A stretch of 64,000 nucleotides of DNA from Pelomyxa schiedti (taxonomy: Eukaryota > Protista > Evosea), in the NCBI GenBank assembly GCA_020536535.1, contig JAHLWZ010000800.1:1-64000 (forward strand), read 5' to 3'. Every line of letters starts with the position of its first letter. Position 1 is the first letter of the stretch. The notes under the pieces are model-generated. The model was not told the DNA's origin. It made no database searches and was given only the letters and a program-made list of their open reading frames with translations. The translations under genes and the position numbers were made by a program. Of the stretch, positions 24,101 through 36,551 are shown in pieces.

Positions 24101-27100
24101 GATCCATACCATTATCAGATTGTATCAGGGAGCAAGTCCATTCCCGTAAGGTCGTTGTAAGTGAGCCAATAAGCTTTTTCAGGAAATGAGAAGGAAGAAA
24201 AAATGAGTTGCAGCAGGTACATCATGGGTTCCGTCTTGGTCGTAGTCATAAACTGTAATTTTGAAAGATGAATCCAAACCACCAAGAACACCAACACTGA
24301 TATCAAATGGAGCCCAGGTTGGTTGAAGTGTTTTCATATGTATTTCTGATCTATTTAGAGTAAAATTCCAGTTTTTCTTTTGGCCATCCTAGTAAAACCT
24401 GTAAACTGGTATGGAGTTCTTTTCAACAACAAAAAATGGGTCTGATAACCCCGTGGGACCATCCATTCTAGCTAAACCGTGGGCACTACATGTGACACGC
24501 AGAGCTGTTGGAATAACGAGTGCCGGACAGGTTGTTAGAGGTGTGACAGTTTCCACAACAAAGCAGCCACATCTGAGCGTTTTGAGTAAGGGATACAAAT
24601 TGGAGCACGAGAACATACACTGCTCCATCTTTTTTAATTCCTGGTTCTACCCACCACTGCAAATCACGGAAAACAATCGAACTGTGCCCAACAAGTTCAT
24701 GGTTTCCGCCTACCGAAGTAAATTGAGTGAATTTATGAATAAGAACAAACTCTTCTCCCAGTCGTAAACCTGAACAGAGAGAAAAGTTGAGTGTAGAGCT
24801 GAAATTGATGGTTTCATACAGTGATATCTATTGTGTCATCAATGCTACGGAACAAACTAAGAGGTAAATCAAAAGGTTTCCATTTCGGTTCTCGACTTTT
24901 ATGTATAACCTCTGACCTACATGTAGATATGAAATCTACAGTGATTAGAAAAGCATTGAAAAACCTGTAAAGAGTAATTTCCTGGTGAATATTTGGGTCC
25001 ATTTTGTGTATAACAAAGAAGGGATCAGCTGACATAGTTGCTACATCCATGACAGGCAATCTCCGGGCAAAGCAAGCAAGACTGCGAAGTGGTCATAAGG
25101 GAAAGGAACACTGTATTAAACAAACTTAATTGCAGGTGGAAGGGAAAAAGGTGCTGAAATTGCTTTGGGCAGATGTAACACTTGATCAATCGAGAAAGAA
25201 CCTGCCGTGCCACCGTCACTCTTATGGATTGCTGATGTGAACCACCCAAGAGAAATCTCTCTCACAGTGACAGAGAAGGAACCTGCAATTCAGAATAAAC
25301 TGCTGATTTTGAAAGAGTTTAAGGAGTACCAAGTAGTTCGTGATCTCCATCAATCTCCTATTTAATTGTGAAACTTTTATGTCAAAAGACACATGGTACC
25401 CAATCATAGACTTTGAATGTCAGTGTTGTTTCGAGACCACATGCCAAGTCAAGAGTAAAAGAGTGAAATTTTGGGCTTGAGCTTTGTTTGACCACTTCTG
25501 AGCGATACACTTTTGGATTTTGTTATCAAAGGAAAAAAAGAGGCTTCCAGTCCTTACCTTTATGTGGGGCAAAAAGTTCAAAGAATGCATCTATGAAACT
25601 GGTAAATGCACTGACACAGTTTTCATTTTTCTCAAACCTGATTTTTTTATCCCCGCTCCAGCACGTTCTAACTTCCCAATACTGCAGTGCAGTTCAATGG
25701 CAGGGATATTTGCAATAGGAGGAGGGGCTTCACATGGAACAGTGTTTTTGATTCCAAAGGAGCCATTGCTGTCATTACTTGTAAACCATATAGTAACTGA
25801 CATAGATTTTACCAAGTGGACCCCTTTTTGATGACTTGCTCAAACCATGACCACTGTAGCTCACTGAACGGAACTGTCAAACCCCCGATATGGTCGTGTG
25901 TACCATCATTGTCTTTATCATAGACATCTTTTTCCAAATTACATTGTATTTCATAACGTAAGAGTATACCAATAGTAAAAGAATCACTTGCAGAGGTAAG
26001 AAGGTGTAAAGGTAAAACAAATTCTGCCCAGGCCGGTGTAAATTGCTATGAAATGGTATGTATGGAGAATGAGGAATAATGTTACCTTTGGTATTGCTTC
26101 ACTTCGGTAGAGAATAATATTATTTTTCTTCACCTCAAAGAAAGGGTCAACAGACATTGTCAGTGTATCACAGACGGGAAGTTTTCTTGCGTAGCATTGC
26201 ATCCTTATTACTTTTTTAACTCTTCGGTTATAAACTGTCCCCCTTTACCTCACTGCAGGTGGGACTGTAATTTGTCTGAAAGGTACTTCTGGAAGAGGAG
26301 CAACCTTGGAAATGGAGAAGCAGCCTGACGTGGAGCCATTATGCATGATTGCTGTCGAATACCAGCCAAACGTTAATTCTTTGGCCAGACATCTCACCTC
26401 ACCAAGTAGCTCATGGTCCCCTGAAAGCAATGAAGTACACATACACCTTTGTTTTGACTAACCATCTTTATTGTAATCGAAAACCTGGATCACAAGTACA
26501 GTCTCAAGACCTGATGCCAGAGACACGGAGAATGGCTTGAAAGCTGAGAGTAAAGTTCAACAATAAGTGGAAGGTAGGAAAAAGTACTTGGGTTCAGGCT
26601 GTTGGTTACAACCTCAGATTTGTGGACTTAGTTTTTGGTTTTGGTTTTTTTTAGAAACGTGCAAAAAGGCACTGCATAGGTGCATACCCTTTGAGCTAAG
26701 AATAGAGACAGTGAAGAAGGGATCTGTAAACAGTGTTACACAAAGATTCCAGCAGAAGAGTGCTATACCACAACTACCCAGAGGACCATTTGCCCGTACG
26801 AGATTTTCGCAAGAACAGTAAAGTTCAAGGGCTGCTGGAGGTGCTGGTATTCTTCCAGGGGCAACTGGCTATCTTCTTATGAGTTCGATAATAATGTTTT
26901 GTAGGCTTACAGTTATGCTATTCACACACAAAGTACCATGTGTTGAACTATTCTCATAATTAAATAGAAGCGGACCTGAAGGTGAGTATCTGAAGATTCT
27001 TAGATGAGGAAATACCTAAGGAGGCCCATACGTTGATGGATGGAGGGGATATTGAAAAGGTCCCCCTATTAGGAGTTCATACAGTGTTGTTGAATACTTC

Positions 27101-29125
27101 CCAATAATTCTGTGGTCACCTCTCTTTTCCCAGTCATACACGATCTAAATATGTTACAAACCCCAAAAAAGTATCATGAGATTCTACCAGTGAAAATATC
27201 CCAAAGAGGCCATTTACACTCTTAACAGAGAGGGTGAATGGTGTGAAATCAGGATTATTGTTGTTGGAAATGTGTTCTGATCGATAAAGAAGTTCATTAC
27301 CAACTCTGACTTCAAAAAAAGGATCAGCTTTTTCCTAACAGAAATTCATGAGACACAAAACAACCAAGGTAATACAACAAGAGATCCTGGAATTGATAGT
27401 TTTCTGGCAGATGAGGTGATTTCAAAGGCTTCAGCAGTTGAATCGTAGGGAGGATTGAATGTTGTTTGTTGAACAAGGTTTTCAAAAATGAGATTTCCAG
27501 TGCTGCTAAAGCATTAGCGGAATCCTATAGTACTTTCATGCAGTGGAACGACCTTGAGGAACCATGCTTAAGACTGGCATTTTTGTTGGGCCACCGGAAC
27601 AACATCCAAGTACTCACTAATGTACTTCCAATTAATTTATGGGAACCTTCTGTGTCGAAAGTATAGACATCCACCTGGACAAAGGTGAGCCATCAAAATG
27701 ATTACATTTTGGTTATAACCTTTAAGGGCTCCTTTGGAGAGCTGTTCCATAGAGATGATGGTAACGTGAAGGCAGCCCAGGAAGGTGTTGATGTATTCTG
27801 GCAGATCTCTGAGCGATATACACTTGTGGTTTTAGTTGAAAGTACAAAGAAGGGATCTGAAGGTAATCTCAGAAGTTTCTTGGATCAACAGGTAAATACC
27901 AAGTCTTTTGGATAACAAATCCTTTTTCAATCCAGACCCAGTTACTTTAAATGTCCATGCATATGGATCGGCACTGAGAAGTGCCAATGACCCAACTGGT
28001 GTAACTGAATTGACATAAAATAGTCCAGAGTTCCCAGAGAGCTTTCTTATTGGAACTGAGGGGATAAAATAACAGAAAGAAAAATACTTTTTTGAGGGGT
28101 TGACCAAAGTGTAAGGAAAAGGGAACTTGAGTAAGTTGAGGGGAGTTGTACAACGACCAATCTCCTCACAATCGCCATCATCATCAAAATCAAAAATGGT
28201 AATAGTAATTTCAGTGTTCCAACCTGAAGCTAATTGGCAAATTTGAATGGGAAAGGTGAAATACCTGAAGGGAGTTCTCTTACATCAAGTTCAAAAGGAG
28301 CCCAAGTGGGATCAAGAGACTTGCGTATTATCTCACTTTTGAAAAGAACATCACCATTTGACAGGGTGATAACAAAGAAAGGATCACTTTTCCCAAGGGG
28401 TCCATCCTTCTTTTCCAAATTTTTTGCCCTGAAGCTAAATCTACCCATATTTGAGCACAGGGGAAAAAAGAATTCAGGCACACGAGTAAGCAGGAGGATC
28501 AGGAGGAATTGGAGTAACAAGAGCTGTTGCAGCAGCAACTACTATCTGGCCCTCTCTCTTGCCTTTTTTATTGACCAAATCCATAGCTCTGTTGACTTCC
28601 ACAAGCATTCGTACCTTGAAGATTCCTAAAAAACAAAGGAATAGAATTCGACCAGTACCTCCACAGTGGCATATCCCATATAGTCAAAACTACCATCAGC
28701 ATCCCACTATGTAGTGTATCACATATAACTACACTTTAAAAGAAATAACATACATCCCAGCACTCAATCTTCACTGTACCACTTGGTCCACCAACTTCAT
28801 GCAACCACAGTGTGAATTCTGCCCACTCTTTTCACCAAATAAAGAGAGTGGAAAAACTCATATCAGTGTAAAGTTGAAAAAATTAAAAAAAAAACAAACC
28901 AGGATCGAGTGTTTTCATTATGACCTCAGATCGATATACAGTGGTATTAGTGTCTGGGTGCTTGATCACAAAGAATGGATCTATTTAACCAATAAATTGA
29001 CCAACCAATACCATGACATTTAGTAGACACCCCTTTAGGGTTTTCTTATTCATAATTGAAGAAGAAAGATATTAGGACTCAAAAATCGAAAACAGACCAC
29101 TCTTAGAAAATAGACCAGAGTCCAT
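15132..29125 (-). CDS. Giant multi-C2 protein, about 25 tandem copine-type C2 domains, no vWA domain
   Basis: Recurrent unit (A/S)xxL...D..GKSDP(F/Y)F...YRSEV...NPxWxPF...V.DWD...HD.IG, repeated every ~550-650 bp. RSE-type motifs counted near 28925, 28350, 27810, 27290, 26620, 26100, 25500, 24915, 24345, 23770, 23105, 22560, 22025, 21480, 20950, 20420, 19905, 19385, 18840, 18220, 17660, 17120, 16600 and 15540, plus a degenerate unit at ~15800-16200. Last exon ends ...SGTLTVK...LAFH*. Start codon approximate. Confidence 0.8.
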
Positions 29126-29651
29126 TTTGGGTAATCGTTTGCCATGCAACGTGAGCTTGATGGCCGTGTTGGTTTCACGTCGTTGGTCACCAACTACACC
29201 CTGAACACATGCCAAAAAACGAAAGTTAGAGCGTTCGTAGTACGACCTTCAACTGGGCCAGAATTGCCCACACAACAACACAGAGGGAACAAAAAAAAAA
29301 AAAAGGGGGTTGGGGCTGCTTGCCCGGTGGCTGGCCATCTCTTTGCAATTCTTTTGGTTACGAGGGTTCAGAGGCGCTTTTCCTATTCGAGAGATCAACA
29401 GGGACGAAGTTCAGGATTGTCGGTTGGCCGTGAAAGACAACGAAACTGCGAGGACCACGGAGAGGTCATAGGATATTCTGCTCCACCACCTGCTAACAAC
29501 GATGTATTTCTCTTTACGCCCTGACAACAACAAAGAAACAGTCTCTTATGAATGTTTGAGGCGGTATAAAATCATCTTTTCTTGTTCTTGCACTGTCAAG
29601 TGTATGTAGAACATTTCAATTGGGTGTTCACTTCGAGAATTTTAAGAAGCT

Positions 29652-32036
29652 CTAGGTGAATTGCATGCCTTCACATGGTCCCCCTTCGCCAAAGTGGTTT
29701 CCCTAGTCAGTGTGGTTAAACACTCCTTTGGTGTTGGAGGAGACTTACATCATAATTACCAAGACAAAGCCAGCAGAATTGATGGGAACAACTTCGGCAC
29801 GTCCTACTGGTGTCAGTTTTGTGAAAACCAATCTTTTGTACATACATATGATTGCACCCACCTGGGTTAGGGTTATTTCACCCAAAGAAAACAAATAGCA
29901 AACGCACCATTTTTTTCGATTGCACAGTGGCACCTTGGGCACGGTTTTGAGTGTGTCCGGGCCCACTCAGTGAATTTGCTGTCCGCTTCTGTATTTTCCT
30001 CTGATAAGAGGTTAATATAAAAAAAAACTAGTGGTTGGAACTACGTTTCCATTGCTGCCACTGTTCACAAGATAGATCAATATGCCACTCTTCTTTGCAA
30101 TGGGTACAAAACGTGAAGCGGCACCTGGGATTAGTGCATCGGGCCATTCTTCCCCCCGACACTTCAAAAATTATCACATTGTCATTTTCTAGAGAGGAAG
30201 CCTACCGATCATGGCATTGCCACAGTCTGGTTTAGGGCACCACCTGACAAAATTTGAGATTGGAACAATATAGAATGAAGCTTCAACTTCACATCTGGCA
30301 TAGAATCAAGTGCTGAATGTAATGAGAACTTTTCATATTTTTGATATAATTCTTCATCAACAATCTGCTTGACCTCTGATGGGCTGACGGTTCCCTTGCA
30401 AGTTGGGTCTGGGCACTACCAATTTTAGAAATAAAGATAATGAAATCGGGATAGTTACTCTGAGTAGCGTTGTTCCAGAGTTAATGTTCGTTGTGCAGAA
30501 ATCTCGCATACACTGAAAGATAATGAGGATGACCAAGCAGAGAAAATGCATACCGGAATGCAGTAGCGATGGAAGCACCCATCCAGTGTATATAATTCGG
30601 ACATCTTTACATCTGTGAAACAAATTGGGCATAGGTATGTGCGTGACATCAGCTTTTTCTCTCGTTCTGCCTGCTCTATTGCTGCCTCCTGGGCTGCTTT
30701 TTCATTCGCCTTTCTTGCCTTCAATGCATCTCTCCTAAAGAAGTTTATACTAAGGACGACGTAACGTACGAACCAACGCTCAGCAGCAGCAGAAAGCAAG
30801 TTAGTCTGTACAGGCGGTGTAACCACAGGGGTAGCACCTAACGAAGACACTAGCGGGGTAGGTGCAGGCGTGGATGTTGGTGCTGGGGCCACGCTTGGAG
30901 AGGATGTAATGTTCGGCTGGGTAATATACTGTTGCCCACGCTATAAAAAACCTGCAATAAGTATACTGGTAGAGACTTTTTAGGAGAAACCTGCATCATT
31001 GCAAGTCTAACACGTAGGTTGCTCAATTCCCGTTCAAGAACTGAAATGCTTACCTCCTTGGCTTGGAGGGTGGTTTCAGCATTCAAAGCTCTTTGCTTCC
31101 AGTAATCTAGAGATTCCTAGATGTGTGTTGAAATTGATTTCAGGAAACGGTTCTTACCTCAGGCATTGCTACTGGGGTTGCAAGAGCTTCTGTGCTTGTG
31201 ACAGTAGTGGGTGTGGTCTGTGCTGGTGTTGGTGTAGATGGTGTAGGTATCTGCGCTGATTGTAACTTCCTTATAGCCATCTGGGCGTCTCTTTGTTATT
31301 TAGGTGACAGCAAAAATGTATTTCAGTGTTGGAACCTGGCTCGACGGTTTTCAATCTCCCATTCATGTTTCACTGCCTCTCGTATACAAATGATGCTTGG
31401 CTCTATACTGAGCCAATTTCCATCAACATTCACAAGGTTTTCTATTACGAGTCCTTGAGGACCCTCCCCAGATGCCATGAACTCGACCAAAGCGTTTTTC
31501 GTCCTTCCTTTTGGATACCTACGAACAAAGTGAGTATAAGGGCATCAAGTAGGTTCCGCAGTACAAGATGTCCACCCCACATAGACGAACCATTTTACAT
31601 TGCGGACTCCATGTGGAACCACAAACAGTGCCTCCAACTGAGCTCTGGTGGTCCTGGGATGAACATTCTTCACCAATATAGTGCGTTCCATCTCGTCAGC
31701 ATACTGAGACCTGTCGCCAACAGAATTACTTGCTCCCTCAGACAACACAGATGACAAAGTCAACGCAGGACGAGAGACGCCGCCAACTTCCGCCACAGAA
31801 GACGACGGAGACAAAGACAAATTGCCATATGAAACGGCACTAGAAGGGGGGATAGATGCAGCCGTCGTATTTGACGTGTCATACGCAGATCCGCCGCTAA
31901 CAGGATAGGAAGGTGCAGTTGCCGTAGGAGATGAGGAAAGCGGAGGGGCAGAAGGAGACGGGGTTGGATCTTCGTTGTCCGTTGTTTGGGAAGGAGATCC
32001 CAGCACCAGGCTCCCACTGCGCTTAAGTAGCCACAT
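29652..32036 (-). CDS. RBR (RING1-IBR-RING2) E3 ubiquitin ligase with N-terminal RRM
   Basis: RRM ERTILVKNVHPRTTRAQLEALF..KNALVEF; RING1 CPICF...CFHRYC; IBR VRWCPKPDCGNAM...CTHCKEEWH; RING2 CPRCHCAIEKNG|GCNHMYC...HQFCWLCLG; ends GEGGPCEGMQFT*. Confidence 0.85.
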
Positions 32037-32711
32037 TTCTCTTGCTTTTTGAAGTGCTGTAGTCGTCGGGGGTTAGGAAACAGAAAAAACAATAACAAAG
32101 GTATTGGAGCCGGGTAATTAAGTTGCTGGCCAGCAACACCAACCTGCCATCGCCGAAGTGTTACCAGTACTGGTCGTTGCTTTTCACGTTTCGCCTCAGA
32201 TATTTCCGAGAACAAGATTGTCCCGTAGAAACGACTTGGAAATTATCACTTGGAGAATCACAAAAGAAAGAACATCATAAGCGAGATTCAACAAAAGTGC
32301 CTGGTGTTATTAGAGCAAATGTAGAACTTACAATCAGTAACAGTGCTCAAGCTACCAAGTCGTCCTTCGAAGGACATTCACATTCATCAACCAAACCCCA
32401 ACATGAAACCAACACCGAACGTACTCCCCAGAAGCACATGTATCAAAACACCCGACAAATCCCATAATGGCGGCCGACCACGCGTCATTCTCGAGCCCCC
32501 TTTCAACGCCAACACCACCGCCTCCACCCGAGATCATACACAAACAACAACAACAAAAGCAGCAGCAACAACCGAAGCCCCACGCGATGTAGATGCAGAC
32601 GGCGGCGCTAATAGTGCCGATGGCGGCGTCGGCGTCGGTGTTGGTGCCGTTGATGCCGCAGGCGGTGGGCCAGCGCAGGCGCACCGAGACGGCCGCGTCA
32701 AGGGGGAGAAA

Positions 32712-35042
32712 ATGTCGCCGAAAGGCCAGTCGCGCACGCCCAAGGTGGAGCCGGGCGACCCCGGCGGCGGCGGCGGCGGCGACTCGGCCGGCTGCGCGAG
32801 GCAGCCAGGCGCGCCGAGGGCCCAGACGAGCATGATGAGCTCGTGGTCTCTCGGCTCTCCGCCGCAGAGCGGGGCCAGCAGGAACGCCTCCCCTGGCCTG
32901 CTTCCGCCTCTCCCTGCCTTTGATGGTTGTATGATTGGTAGGACGTTGTGCTCTTCTGACTCGAGTTTAGTTCCACTTGGCCTGCAGAGCTCGTTGGGTT
33001 CTCTGATGAACTTGCCAAGTTTACCGCACTTGAAAACAAACACGAACGAGGCACCACCACTGAGCACAACCAGCACGTCCAGCAGCACGTCGACATCGCA
33101 GCACCAAAAACCACCTTCAGCTTTCAACGGGGAATCAACTCTGCCAACAGGAAAGCGTGGGCCACAGTCATGGTCACCAGCCCTCAATTACTTTGAGGAA
33201 ACAATTGTTCGTGGAGAAAAGAAGAGGCAATGCAAGCTTACAATTCGGGGGACAAACCAACGTTGCACAAAGACATACTCACCTAACACTAGCTCAACTA
33301 ATCTTTGGTATTTATAATGTTGTATCGCACAAAAGCTTATGTATTTTCAGTGCACATTTGAGACATGCACACGACATGAAAGAAGCTGATATCTCCCCAT
33401 CTGAAAAACCCATCACTGAACCTAAAAGAGCAAAGAAAACGACTAAAAGTGCTTCCACTGGAACCCTTATTGATGGTGTGACTGCCGCAGAACTCGAGGT
33501 TTCTTGTGGTACAATTTAATTTCATCATTAATTCTTAGGCTACATTGGGTTTGATAATGTCTGGTACACCTCTCTCGGAGGTTCAAAATCCTTGGTTTCG
33601 TAATGCCTTTATGATTCGTAGTGAATTCAAGAATATCACTGAAGAAAAGGTTTATTGAAAATGTAACCTTGCTTTACTCACTTAAATAGTTGCACGTTTT
33701 CACTGAAAAGATACACAAGGCCATCCTCCAAAAACTGCATTCTTTGGTAGCTGAAAGGCCTGTATCCGTATCGTTCGATTGTGGAACGGACCCAACCGAC
33801 AATATGTTAGTTGCGTGTTGTGTAAATGTGGATGGAACTTCATTCCTTTGGAAGTTGGGTAACTTCACTAGAGGGGCAGCGGCAACGGAATTTAAGCATT
33901 TAATTTCCGAATGTTTTCATGAACTCGAGTTAGCCAATGCTACAGTCATTAGTGTTACATGTGAAGCTGCTGAGTTAAGTGGTTTGCATGAAGCTCTGTC
34001 ATCTGACTCCTCAGTTCTCAATATTTGTTGTAATGCACTGTGGACTGAGCTGGCCGAGAAAGCTTTACTGCAGTCTTGCCCTCCATTGAATGCAGTTATA
34101 ACAAAGTGTGAAGATATTGCTGATCAGATCAAGAACAGCGACGAGAAGAGGAGTAAACTACAAGAACTCCAGAAAGCACTTGGACAGCCTTGCCTAAAGC
34201 TTGTTGTTTCAAACAGCACCAAGAAGTTCTGGGCCCATCCTTTGCTCTGTGGGAGAATTCTAGAACTTACAACAGCACTTACCACAATGGAGCTCGCACC
34301 CCCCGCCCAACTCGACAAAGTTGTTTCTTTGCTCAAACCATTCCAGCAGGCAATAGACATCTGCCAAAAAGAAAGTGGAAGCATTTTGGACAATGCTCGC
34401 ACATATTACCTCTTGAAAGAAATTGCCAGGCAAGTCTGTGAACTATGGCCTGAATGCGCACACTCTGTAGAAGAAACAATGAATACTGTGTTCTCCAAGT
34501 TCCTTTCCTGTGGCATATCACATCTAGCCTGTTGTCTGCTACCTGGTACGAAACTTGGCTGGACCGTGAGCATTCCCGATTACCAAGAAGGCGTGAAGGA
34601 GCTACATCATCTAGTGGAAACCCAATTTCCACGGTGGAAAGCCAGGAGCTTGCTACCTGTTACCTCAGCATCGCCGGCAACCACACTGTATACCGACTTA
34701 CTCAGCCAACTTGGGGAACATGTGCACCAAGGGAATACATTCCTACACGACCTTGCAAAGGAGGACCCTACAATTTCCTGCAAGAAATTCTGGTGTGCAG
34801 CAATTGGGTCTTTTCCGCAGCTTTCGGACCTCGCCTTGCTACTTTGTAGTGTTGGCACTCCGGACTCTGACTGTGAGAGGATATTCTCCTGGGAGGGATT
34901 TCAATGTAATGAGCCAAGTGATGCAGTTTCACAGCCCCTTGTTGGAAAAATGCTGTTTATTTTCGCGAACTTTGAAAAAGTGTTCAAATCAATGGCCCAC
35001 CCACAACCCCCTGTTGTTGTAGAACTCGACTACGATGAGTAA
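32712..35042 (+). CDS. Domesticated hAT-transposase-derived protein (ZBED-like): BED finger, RNase-H-like core, hAT dimerization domain
   Basis: BED finger QCKL...CTKTYSPNTSSTNLW|AHLRHAH split by an intron; VSFDCGTD; FPQLSDLALLLCSVGTPDSDCERIFS. Contains introns, and no TIRs were seen. The frame is open from 32343, so the start is uncertain. Confidence 0.75.
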
Positions 35043-35139
35043 AAAATAAAAATAGGAGAGTTTTAAAAATAAACACAGAGTGCTTTTTATGAAATAATAA
35101 ACATGTACACAGGCAGAAAATTCGGTTTCCAAAACCAAA

Positions 35140-36207
35140 TCAACAGCATGAGTGTGGTGTATTTACGCGGTCTGCTTCTAGTCTAACTCCCTCCATTTCT
35201 GGGTAAGTCCTGCAGAAAGTGTAAGTGAAAGTCAGTAACTCGAGTGAGGAACACACTCTTCTCTACGGTTTAAAATCGTGTTTGCAACTGTCTGAAAGGC
35301 ATTGTCAACATTATTCCCCGTCAAGGCACTTGTCTTGAAGAAAAGATAAGAAAAGGCAGACAGCAAAATCTCGGGGAAAAACCTCATAATAAGGTATATT
35401 CCCTGTTACAGTACACCAGGATTCTGCCATTTGTCTGGTTACCTGTCGTTTGTTGGGTTGCACTCTCGATGTGGGTAGGTACTATTCTTCTCTCTGTAGC
35501 ATCAGTCTTGTTTCCAAAGAGGATGCAGGGGGGGATTGTTTTATCCTGTGAAGAGAGAAATGCCCCATACCACTGATCCATAGAATTAAAGGTCTCTTGG
35601 TCAGTGACGTCAAAAACCAGGACACAACAGTCAGCACCTTCAGAAATGATGTGATGATGATTTCGTTTTTGGCAAGAAACCTTTCCAGAACGAGGCGGTC
35701 ATACATTGGAATCTGTGAGGAAGAGTTTACAGAAGCAACAAGCAGAGGGGGAAAAAAAAAAAGTTACCTTTCTTGCCCAGCTGTGTCCCATATCTGCACG
35801 CAATGAGAAAAACTTCACAGATTATAACCATCACCTGAAGGCTAACTTGCCTATCGCCCACCACTAGTTTCTTGAAAGGTAGATGAAATGAGCACCAAAA
35901 GACAAGGGAAGGAGAAAGAAACCTTTGTGAGAACATCAACACCAACAGTATTCTTCTCGTGTATGTTGACAGCGTTTGTCACATATCTTTTCAAAATAAC
36001 CAAGACAAACAGGAGCAGAAAAAAAAGACAAAAAAAAGGAAAACCTCTTCATCAAAGTTGTCTTGCCAACTCTTGGAAAGATAAGATAAGTTAACGGTTA
36101 AAATGGCAACAACGAACCAACCAACAACAAGAAGCAACTTACGATCTTGGACCAATCAAAACGACTTTGAGTAACACCGCACGTGTTGGGGTAGACGATG
36201 CACTCAT
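35140..36207 (-). CDS. Rab GTPase (Rab7/9/32-like)
   Basis: LKVVLIGPRS|VGKTTL, TVGVDVLTK, IWDTAGQER, YDVTDQETF, GNKTD, TSALTG; C-terminal HSCC*. Confidence 0.9.
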
Positions 36208-36551
36208 CGAGTGTAAGTTTCGGAAATGAGCTTTCAAATCAAGATTATTTTCCGATTACATGCAGCTACCCGGGGATTGATGTCACTTACTTATCAACGG
36301 GGACCATTGAACTGCAGAATAACAATTTATTTTACGTCCATCATCACCCTGACCCTGAACGAAGATGATGTGGATGACTTTCAGAGTCCGCCGATCTCTT
36401 TCGCTGCAATCTTGTTTTTTTTTTTTTTTTTTGACAAGGCATTAGTTGCCTGGGAACACTACAGGCATGGCGGCGCGCGCAAAAAGGAAAAAGGACTATA
36501 AAAAAGAGACACGCTACTTGGCGGGACCACGGTGCCGTAGATCTGGGTGCC

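Noticed and set aside
11704-29125. vWA gene plus C2 array as a 'split copine'
   Set aside because: The genes are convergent, and the vWA lacks copine-specific motifs and sits with RING-like regions. Adjacency alone is not evidence.
29144-29524. 126-aa plus-strand ORF upstream of the C2 gene
   Set aside because: Contains poly-A runs typical of intergenic DNA and has no domain signal.
32343-35100. Active hAT transposon
   Set aside because: Introns, degenerate catalytic motifs, and no terminal inverted repeats or TSD seen.
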